Assembly (NCBI GenBank): GCA_004431415.1
Contig: QPMI01000437.1
Span: forward strand, 62,001 to 126,000
DNA length: 64,000 nucleotides
Reading direction: 5' to 3'
Source of the DNA: Cyanophora paradoxa CCMP329
Taxonomy: Eukaryota; Plantae; Glaucophyta
The notes below the pieces were generated by a model, which saw only the letters and a program-made list of their open reading frames with translations, was not told the origin of the DNA and did not search any database. The position numbers were made by a program, and so were the translations under genes. Each line of letters starts with the position of its first letter. The stretch's first letter is position 1. Below, one piece after another: positions 1 to 10,000 of this stretch.

Positions 1-724
1 ATACTACCTGTCACACTTGATCTCAATTATTCTGTTTTATAGAACATATGCAATCTAATCGATTGTTCAATTGGAGACCATGCAACTCTGTGACAAGTTT
101 TAGGTGCAAAAATGTAAATCCGCAATCCCATCGATTGTTTAATTGGACGTGATGCAGTTCCGATATATTCCAATAGAAAATCCCGCAATATAATCGATTG
201 TTTAATTGGAGATAATGCAACTCTGTGACAGTTTTTGGGTGCAAAAATGCAAATCAGCAATCTCATCGATTGTTCAATTGGACACAATGCAACTCTGTGA
301 CACTTTTTGCGTTTTTCGATACAGAATGGGCGGTGGTCTACTTCAATACAAGAGAGATATATCGAGTTTTTGCGAATTTATGCAATTTAATCGCGATTAT
401 ATCGATCTTTAAGTAGTTTAATGCAAATTAATCGCAGATTTGTATGTAATCGACAAAGAACATAATCAATCGATATAAGATCAATTGATTCAATCGTAAA
501 TATGCATAAAGTTAAACGCGTTTTTCATTTTTAATACAAAGTTTGCATTAATTTATACAAAGTTTGCATAAAAAGTTAAAGAATTTAATCGATAAATACG
601 TATTTTAGTATTAATTTTGACACATATGTATAAACTTATTTAAATCCTGAGTGAATCGAGATCGCGAAGCGATCGAGATGAACGAGGGATTTAAATAAGT
701 TTATACATATGTGTAACGACCCCT
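1..724. mobile_element. Possible right end of an AT-rich DNA transposon/MITE (PIF/Harbinger-like) inside an intron of the WD40 gene
   Basis: An AT-rich block with subterminal repeats ends abruptly at GTGTAACGACCCCT|TAA (711-727), where GC-rich WD40 intron sequence resumes. The left end lies outside the window. Confidence 0.3.
58..310. repeat. AT-rich minisatellite, about 4 units of 63-72 bp
   Basis: ATCGATTGTT(C/T)AATTGGA..ATGCA recurs at 58, 130, 193 and 265. Confidence 0.8.
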
Positions 725-798
725 TAAGCTTGAGCCCTACAAGAAACCGAAGGCATGCAAGTGCATGGTTCTGTAGGTGCTGAGGGCGTGGGGCGCAG

Positions 799-3700
799 GA
801 CGGGAAGCGGATTGTGTCAAGGGACAAATGCTACAAATTTCTGGCGTGGGACACGGAGCTCGGGGTGGAGCCGCTGCAGCTGCAAGGCTTCCCGGACTTC
901 GGCTTGGCAGTGGCGTTGTCAGCGGTGCGCGAGAGCAAATGGGGCTAGAGCAGCCAAGAAATCGAAGCTCCCCAAAAGCTGGGGGCACATGGGGACCCGA
1001 ACCACTGATTGGCGCTTGACCCATGGTGCGCAGGATGGAAAGCGGATTTCGATATGCCAGCGGATTTGGAATTCGCAAGATGAGAATGACAAGGATGAGG
1101 ATGAGAATGCCGAGGATGACGAGCCTGTGATGCAGGTGTGCACATGCATGTGGGACACGGACTCCGGGGCGGAGCCGGTACGGTTGCAAGGCCACTTCGA
1201 CCGGTACCAGGACTATAGGGTGCACATGTCGGCGGTGCGTGAGATCGAATGCACGAATGCAGCGAATGCACGGGGGTGCAAACCGCTGATTGGGGTGCGG
1301 GGGCGTTTTGTTCACGTGGTGCGCAGGATGGAAAGCGGGTTGTGTTAAATTGGTGCAATGAGAATAACGATGGCATGATGCAAGTGTGGGACCCGGAGTC
1401 CGGAGTGGAGCTACTGCGGCTGCAAGGCCACACAGACGGGATCACCTCGGTGGCTGTGTCAGCGGTGCGCGAGGGAGGGTGCATGGTTGATTATAAAGTG
1501 GTGCAGCGAGCATGCAGGGGGGCTTACAAATGAAAAAGGAGGCCGCGAAGACGTGATAAAAAAACTTTAAAAAGCAGAGAAAATCTGTCAGCCCTTGGAA
1601 AGTTTGCGATAAGATTCAGAGGCGAACCAGACACGATGATTATATAAGATGAGGCCAGAGCAGCCCAGTTCACGTGCTCAAGCATGCATGGGAGCTTGCG
1701 GATAATAAAGGCAAACACAAGGATGGGATGAAGAGTGGAGAGAATTTGGCAACCCTCGAAAGGGTCACAATGAGAGACGAGTGAGCAAGTACACATGGCA
1801 AAGAGTTCTGACTGGGCATGGCGCATGTGCACAGGACGGGAAGCAGATCGTGTCCGGGGGCTTAGACATGTCGGTGCGGGTGTGGGACGCGGAGTCTGGA
1901 GCCGAGCTGCAACGGATGCAGGGCCATACGGGCTGGGTCAACTCGGTGGCTGTGTCAGCGGTGCGCAAGAAAAGGATTATGCATATGAATGGGGCGCCTC
2001 GACATGCAATTGCGGCGGGTTTGATGACAGTGGTGGCGGCTCAACGAATGTGATATCTTGATCCTCTAAAAGGAGCGAGTTCCCGGGGTCATAGAGCTCT
2101 GATTGGGGCGGGGGGACACGGCGCGCAGGACGGGAAGCAGATTGTGTCGGGGAGCTTCGACAAGTCTGTGCGGTTGTGGGACATGGAGTCTGGGGTGGAG
2201 CTATTGCAACTACAGGGACACACAAACCACGTCAACTTGGTGGCCGTTTCAGCGGTGCGCGAGAGAGGGCGGGGTCAGAGCAGCCGAGCAAGCATACGTG
2301 TACAGTACAGGGGGGCTTGCAGACAGTAATTATAAGGGTGGCTGTACACATTTGCGATAGCAAGCAGGGTGATTCTGTTGACCATCCCTATTTGAATTTG
2401 GATTCAAGGTGAGAAAGAATTTGGGATCATAGGTTCTGATCGGCCATGGGGCGCGGCGCGCAGGACGGGAAGAGGATCATGTCGCAGAGTGCCGAGGAGA
2501 AATCGATGCGGGAGTGGGACGCGAAGTCAGGAGTGGAATTGCTGCGATTGCAAGGCCACAACACGGACGTTCGAATTTACGATCTCGACATTGCGGCAGC
2601 GTTGGTAGTGCGTGAGAGAGGGCGGGTTCAGAGCAGCCTATAGCTAGCAAGCAAGCAGGGGAGCCAGCAGAGAGAATCTGAGAGAGGGTCACAAGCAGAG
2701 GCGAGCGATTATTTGGGGCCATAGGGCTCTAACAGGGGCCCGGGGGCTTGGTGCACAGGATCTGGACAGGAAGCGAATCGTGTTCGTCAGAAAAGACATG
2801 TCGGTGCGGGTGTGGGACGTGGAGTCCGGGGTGGAGCTGCTGCGGCTGGAGGGCCACACGGACGAGGTCACCTCGGTGGCCGTGTCAGCGGTGCGCGAGA
2901 GAAAACGGGGCCAAAGCAGCCCAGCAAGCATGCATATGCATGGGGGCTTAACGATTAAATACAATAAAGGCGACTGCAAGCTTAAGGATCTATCAAAGAG
3001 TATAAATTATTTTTTATTTGAATCATTCGACCCTCAAAAGGGTCACGATCAGAGGCGAGCAAGTGTACAAGGCCATTGGCTTTTTCAAATAATTTGACTG
3101 GGGCGCGGGGGCGTGGCGCACAGGACGGGAAGCGCATCTTCTCCGGCAGCAAAGACATGTCGGTGCGGGTGTGGGACGCGGAGTCGGGGGTGGAGCTGCT
3201 GCGGCTGCAAGGCCACACGGACGAGGTCAAAAAGGTGGCCGTGTCAGCGGTGCGCGTCACATATATGATGCATATGGGGCCAGAGCAGCCGAGTTCACAC
3301 GCTTAAGCATGCATGGGGACTTGTGGATAATAAAGGCAAAGGCGAGAATGGGATAAAGAGCGGAGAGAATCTGGCGATCGCGCGACCCTGTCGTCGTCGG
3401 AGCGGGCTTCAGGACCCGCGCAATACGTACAGGGAACCGTCCCGCGATTCTCATAACCCTCGAAAGGGTCACAATGAGAGACGAGTGAGCTCTAGTACAC
3501 ATGGCCATAGGGCGCTGACTGGGGCGCGGGGTCGTGGCGTACAGGACGGCAAGCGGATCGTGTCCGGCAGCAGCGATGAGTCGTTGCGGGTGTGGGACGC
3601 GGAGTCCGGGGCGGAGCTGCTGCGACTGCAGGGCCGCAGAGGCTGGATCACCCCAGTTGCCGTGTCAGGGGTGCGCGAGGGATGGTTTGGTGTCGAGCTG

Positions 3701-6318
3701 GCATAGCAAGTTACAAGGATTGATAAAGAATGAAGCGTTTACGTCGGTCCTCCCAATTAGCATTCGGGCCAGACGTGACCAAGCGCATAGCGCATGCGCA
3801 GTATATTGGTATTGACTGGAGCGTTGGGTCACAATGCGCAGGACGGGAAGCAGATCGCGCTGCTTGGCAGGGGCCCGGGTGGAAACGAGCTGTACATGTT
3901 GGACACGGAGTCGGGGGTGGAGCCGTTGAAAATTGAAATCCGCTTTTATGACAAGTACGCGCTGTTGGCAATGTCGAAGGTGCGCAGGAAATGGCACATG
4001 GTTGGGGCGCCCTTGTTTGCACATGCAGCCCTTTAAAATGGTTGGAGATATCGAGCGCTGATTGGGACGTGGGGCTGGTCCACAGGACTGGAAGTGCATC
4101 ATGTCCTGCACGCACAGCGAGGACGACACGATGCAGGTGTGGGACGCCGAGTCTGGAGCCGAGCTGCTGCGGCTGCGGGGACACACAAGCTGGATCACCT
4201 CGGTGGCTGTGTCGGCGGTGCGCGAAATCGAGGGATGGTGCATTGTCGATCATGAGGCGGGGCAGCGTGCATTAGGGGGGGGGGGGGGGGGGGGGGGTCT
4301 TACCAATGTTACCAATGAAAGGGAAGCTACAAGGCCGCGATAAATTAGCCGTTTGAAGAGCGGAGAGAATCCGTCGACCTTCAAAAGAATCATGATCAGG
4401 TACGTTGCCGTGGGGTTCTGATTTGGGCGAGGGGGCGCGGCATGTAGGACGGGAAGCGGATTGTGTCAGGAAGCGAGGACAAGTCGGTGCGGGTGTGGGA
4501 CGCGGAGTCCGGATCAAGAATGAAGATGCTGTTGCAGCAAGGGCAAACCAACGCAAGTGGCTTGGTGGCCATGCCTGCGGTGCGCGAAGGAGGGGGCGGG
4601 TCGAGGTGGCACAGCAAGCATGCAGGACCGGGCCAGGGGGCGTATGGTTTTAGTCAAGGCAGCCACAATTGCAAGGCCTAGGCCTAGGGCGTACTAAATT
4701 ATAAATGTTTTATAATTAAGAGCAGAGATAATCCGTCGACCCTTGAAAGGATCACGATCAATAAGAGATCCAGCTATAGAGGCGAGCAAGTGAAAAGTGC
4801 ATATTCTTCTGACTGGGTCGAGGGGGCGTGGCGCACAGGACGGGAAGTGCATCGTGTCCAGCAGCGGAGACATGTTGGTGCGGGTGTGGGACCCGAAGTC
4901 CGGAGTGGAGCTGCTGCGGCTGGAGGGCCACACGGACGAGGTCACCTCGGTGGCCGTGTCAGCGGTACGCGAGAGAAAATGGGGCCAAAGCAGCCCAGCA
5001 AGCATGCATATGCATGGGGGCTTAACGATTAAATACAATAAAGGCGACTGCAAGCTTAAGGACCTATCAAAGAGTATAAATTATTTGAATCATTCGACCC
5101 TCGAAAGGGTCACGATCAGAGGCGAGCAAGTGTACAAGGCCATTGGCTTTTTCAAATAATTTGATTGGGGCGCGGGGGCGTGGCGCACAGGACGGGAAGC
5201 GCATCTTCTCCGGCAGCAAAGACATGTCGGTGCGGGTGTGGGACGCGGAGTCGGGGGTGGAGCTGCTGCGGCTGCAAGGCCACACGGGTCAAGTCATCTC
5301 CCTGGCCGTGTCAGCGGTGCGCGAGAGATGGTGCATTTTTAATCATGAGCTCGAGGCGGCACAGCCAGCATGTGCATGCAGGGGGCCTAGGGCTTACAGA
5401 TTAAAAGGAAGTCAGAAAGACGTGATAAAGTTTTAAAGAGCGGAGAGCAATGCTCAGAGCATCGATATCCGTCGACCCTCGACAAATTGCACGACCGAAT
5501 CTAGAGGCTAGTGAGTTTACATGGCCGTTAGGTTTCTGACTGGGGCACGGGGGGCGTGGCGCACAGGATGGGAAGCGGATTGTATCAGGGAGCAACGACA
5601 AGTCCGTGCGAATGTGGGACACGGAGTCTGGAGAAGAGCTGCTGCATCTGCAGGAGCACACTGAAGCCATCGCATCGGTGGCCTTGGCGGTGTGTGCGGG
5701 ACGCCCAGGGGGCAGGGTTGCGCTGGTCCAGCTAGCATGCAGCAGGGCTCATGAACGGGATAGGAATGGCTCAAGGTCGCCTGTGATTTATCACTTATTG
5801 TTAAGACGACACGTGCTTTGTTTGATCCTGCACCATGATCGGACTCTGACTTCACACGCTTTGTTCATGTGCAGGACACTTCGTTTTCCCTCGTGCAGGG
5901 CAAGCTCGAGTCCACGATTCGGATCCTCGTGAAGTACGAGTCCGGGAGCCAGCGCGAGTGGTCCCTAATGATGGATCATGACCAGCCTCTTGTGGCCAAA
6001 ATCGTCCATGAAGAACTAGAGGAGAAGGCCAAATACGAGTTGTTTTCCTACGACGAGGCGAGAAGATTGCAGCGTGTGCAATTGAAAGCACGAAGCGCCC
6101 CTTCCTGTGCATCTGCCATTCTTCCGGTGCGGCCTGCGCATATGCATGCACTAGCGATTGGCGGTGGGGGCGGCGGCTTTGGATTTGCGATACGTGCACA
6201 CAGGGTGGCGGGGCGCTACTTGCCGTCGCTGGCCCGGCGGGTATTCGGGTGGAGCACGTCCCGGTTCGACCCCGGCCCATGCATACTGTCGATCCCGCCT
6301 ATATTGCAATTGGCTGAT
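799..6318 (+). CDS. WD40-repeat protein, 3' part; 15 single-repeat exons plus non-repeat C-terminal exons
   Basis: AG|GA(C/T)...|GT phase-0 exons: 799-924, 1034-1234, 1327-1464, 1835-1960, 2129-2254, 2464-2607, 2759-2890, 3124-3249, 3545-3670, 3842-3979, 4086-4217, 4448-4579, 4839-4964, 5191-5316, 5567-5689. Consensus DGKRIVSGSxDxSVRVWDAESGxELLRLQGHTxxVTSVAVSA. A unique exon follows from 5875 (DTSFSLVQGKLEST...). The 3' end is approximate and the 5' part is upstream of the window. Confidence 0.9.
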
Positions 6319-6911
6319 CATGAGCGGCGACCACCTGGGCAGCCCTTCCGATGCACGCGGCGCATTGCGCAGACTGCAAAGCTCGAAGCGCACGGGACAC
6401 TGGTACGAAGTCCCCCCTTCAATTTGACACTCCAATCGCAAATTTCGTATATACATGTCTCCCAACGCGCCGCCCACTCGGGCTCCGGGCGATCACAGAT
6501 TGACTCGAGCACGTCAATGGCGCCCCGCCTGCGGAGGCTGCTGCTCCAACTCGGAGCGGTCGACAAGGGCGCCCCGTAGCCTGCAGATTCGCATGCCAGT
6601 GGGCCGGGCGATGCAAATGAGAGCGATATCGATAGCTCCATTCTTGATTGCAGAAACACGTGCACACCTGCATTTTCCGTCTACATATCTAGCATTTTCG
6701 CGGCTATATAGCTATATATCTGTATACGTATGCAATGGCGCTCGGTCACTGTGGCCAGGCCGGCAGCCAGACTGACGGTCCTGCTCTAGATTCCCGGGCG
6801 CCAGCATGCACGCCTATAGCTATCCTATCCAAATCCCTTTCTGATCATGAGTACCGACGTCAACCGGCCGTGGCCCACGTCTGGCCCATGCATCTGGGCC
6901 CAACATTGACA

Positions 6912-6981
6912 TGCCGCAGTTCGCAGCCCAATTGCAACCGTTACCGCGGGGGCCGCAGCTGGCTTGCCCTGAGTCGCAACA

Positions 6982-7012
<31 letters not shown>

Positions 7013-10000
7013 ACCCTCCCCTCCCCGCTGCGCAGGCGGGGCCGGTGCAGCCGGACCGTGCGCCCGTGAAATCGCGTTGCTGCGGCGCCGGCTGGCGGAG
7101 GCGGAGGGTCGGCTCGCGGCGGCGGCGAGGCAGGAGGCCGGCCTCTCTGCGGCGCTGGTGGAGCGGGCTGCGCAGTCCGCCGCAGAGCTCCAGCAGCTGC
7201 GCGAACAGGCGCGCTCATGATCAAGAAAATTTCGCGCACCGCCCTCGGCGGCTTCGAATTCCGCTCTAATAAAATTGACTTCGGCACGACAGCTTGGGGA
7301 GAGACGAGCAGCTGGCGGAGCAAAAGGCCCACCTCGCCTTCCTGCAGGTGCTCGGCCGCTCCTTTTCACTTCCTAGGTTCCTTTCTATAGCTAGTACTTC
7401 CTGGCTTCCTTCCAAATTGAAATTAGTTCACTTTTCCCTTCCTGGCTTCCTTCGTAATTGCAATTAATTTTACAGATAGGCCGGGTCTCCTTGAACCCAG
7501 GCCTTTAAATCTCCAGTGGGTCACGCTCTCTGCAGCTGCAGCGGGAGTCGGACCGGGAGGCGGCGGAGGGGCTCAAGGCGGCCTTCGCGGCCCGCGACGA
7601 GGAGCGGGGCGGGGAGCTCGCGGCGGCGGCGGGGCGCGAGGCCGGCCTCCTCGCCCAGCTGCGGGCCCTCCAGGCGCGCTCGCGAGTTAAATTTCTCGGC
7701 GCAGCACGGTGATCTTCGATTCATATTTCGAATATTGAAATGCGCGCTTTTCGAAGCAGGAGCAGCACGAAGCAGATCGGCAGACCGTCCTCGGTCTGAA
7801 GGGGGATCTCAAGGTTTTCTCTTCGAATTCAAATATTTGCAAGGGGGGAAAGAAGACCGAAGGTCTTCCCCCCTTGCTTCCCGTTCCCTCGCTTCAGCCA
7901 AAAGTTTTCTATGAGGCCGTTTTCGAGGTCCAGTTTGCAACGAAAATGTGCCGTTATTCGCGATCTGATTGGCTCGGTGGACCGGTCAGCTTTCGAGCTC
8001 GCGAGAGCTCTCTCGAACTCGCGAGAAGTGGTCTTCGAATTCCTTCCGCGGTTCTGCATGCCATGATGGAACCAGTTCTCCCTATATATATAGCTAGCTG
8101 TCTCAACTAGATTTCGGCTTCGTCGCAGAGCGTCGCGTACGCCTTGCTCTTCGTTGCGCGGTTCTGCATACAATCACAGTGCGTGTGTACTTCCTAGCTG
8201 TCTCCTCTAGATTTCCGCTTCGAATTCCTTGCAGTGCGCCGCGTACGCCGCACGGTATCCGTGACGCCTGAACTACTTTTGACTGCATCAAGTTTGCACC
8301 GCAGCACTGCGTACCGAGCACGCGCCGCTGCGCGCAGCCGAGCACGCTGCCCGGCACTCGTGCTTGATAGAGCTTGCACCGCACTGCGGCAAAACCGCTT
8401 GCACCGCTGCCTATAGCTAGCTGCCGCAGTGCGCCGCTGATCGCAGCCGAGGACGCCAGGCCGTCCAGACTGTCATCTCTTGCTGCGCCGAATACGTCTG
8501 CGAAATCGAGTTTATACCGCAGTTTTGCGTGCGCCGCTGCCCGCGGCCGCAGCCGAGCACGTTGGCCGCGGCCCGGCCCGGCGCTTTTGTTGCGCTCGCG
8601 CGCGGTTGCCACTCCGCTGCACGGCTTCTCCGACTGGCGGCGGTGCTTGCTTCCGGCTACTAGGCTAGCAGCTTCGCGAGATTGCGCACTAGATGGGGCG
8701 GCGATCTAGATCTGCAGCCGCTTCTGTGCCCGGAGATGTCGTCCCTGGGCGAGATTTCCTGCCGTCGGACGCCCAATGCACGTTCTCATCGTCGTGCACT
8801 GGCGGAATTTGCTTACGTTGTCCGCCCGGAGTCCGTGAACACTTCTGCTATCGCAGAAGCTTGCTTCGTCATGTTCGGCAGCACAGTCGCAGCATCGCCA
8901 CGCAGGGCACTTACAATTCAGCAGTGAGCATGCGTGCGCAGTCTTCAGTTGGCGTGCAGCTGTCTGAAATTATATATATATATTGCATACACAGGTCGCC
9001 GCAGCTGAAGACCACAGAAGTCCTCCCACAGGCTTATCGTCACATTTTCCTCTGGCGGTACCCTCTCGTTAATTGACATGCATATCCCGCCCGCATTGAC
9101 GTGTACGCTCAGCCTGGAGCGTTTCAACTTCCTGAGAGGAACATTGGAGCAGAGCCGGCCCGTCAAATCAATCAGGTTTGCGATAGACTGATATATTCAT
9201 TTCGAATAATGTTAATGACTTGTTCCTCCAGGCTTTGCCACCATCGTCGATCGCAGTGCGTGATGAAACTCAAGAGACTTAAAAAAGCTTATTCAAATTG
9301 CTGAAATGCTGTGCAGGAATTCTCAACCTCCTCGAAACGCGTGCGCTGCAATGGGAGATCAGCTGATCGTGTATCGTTTTCGGACGAAAACGATCTGAAT
9401 CACGCGGACGAAAACGATCTGAATCACGCTGACTCAAGCCCCGAATTCCGCATTCCGAATTCTCAATCCCGAACTCATGGTCCCGATTTCCGCGAAAGCA
9501 AATGCGCATCCCGCGAAACTGAGCCATCCGTGAGCCGGGAAGTGCAACGGCTCGGTTTCCAACATCCCGGGCCGCATTGGAGAGCGGTGCGCCGTTTGGC
9601 ACCTGGTCCTTAATGCTATCCCTCAGTGCGTTCGCATCAGATGTCGTGCAGCACCTGCAAACGGCTTTTCACAGACAAGTTCTCGTTCGACCGGCACATC
9701 GAGCGTGCGAAGTGCTCGCCGCAGGCTGTACCTTCCGACATGTCTATTGCGGCAACGGCAGCGGTCGGCCAGTACCCGTGCAGGCAGTGCTCTATTATCT
9801 GTCCGTCGGCTCCTTCTCTTCGCCAGCACGAGGCTGCACACGCCCGAGGTAATTTTTGTGATGTTTTCCTGAACCAGATCGATGTAGTGACGTTGCCCGC
9901 AATGCAGAGGCTGCGGAGGACGTAGTCGAGTCAGAATGCAGCAGCAGTTCGTCCGAGGAATTCGAAGAAGCCGACCCGGCGTTAGGCCGCCGGAAGCGAA

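Noticed and set aside
58-310. CRISPR-like repeat/spacer look
   Set aside because: Intervening segments are homologous to each other, the context is eukaryotic and no cas genes are present; it is a minisatellite.
799-5689. Separate small WD40 ORFs or pseudogene fragments in the ORF track
   Set aside because: Each repeat is bounded by AG/GT in the same phase; they are exons of one gene.
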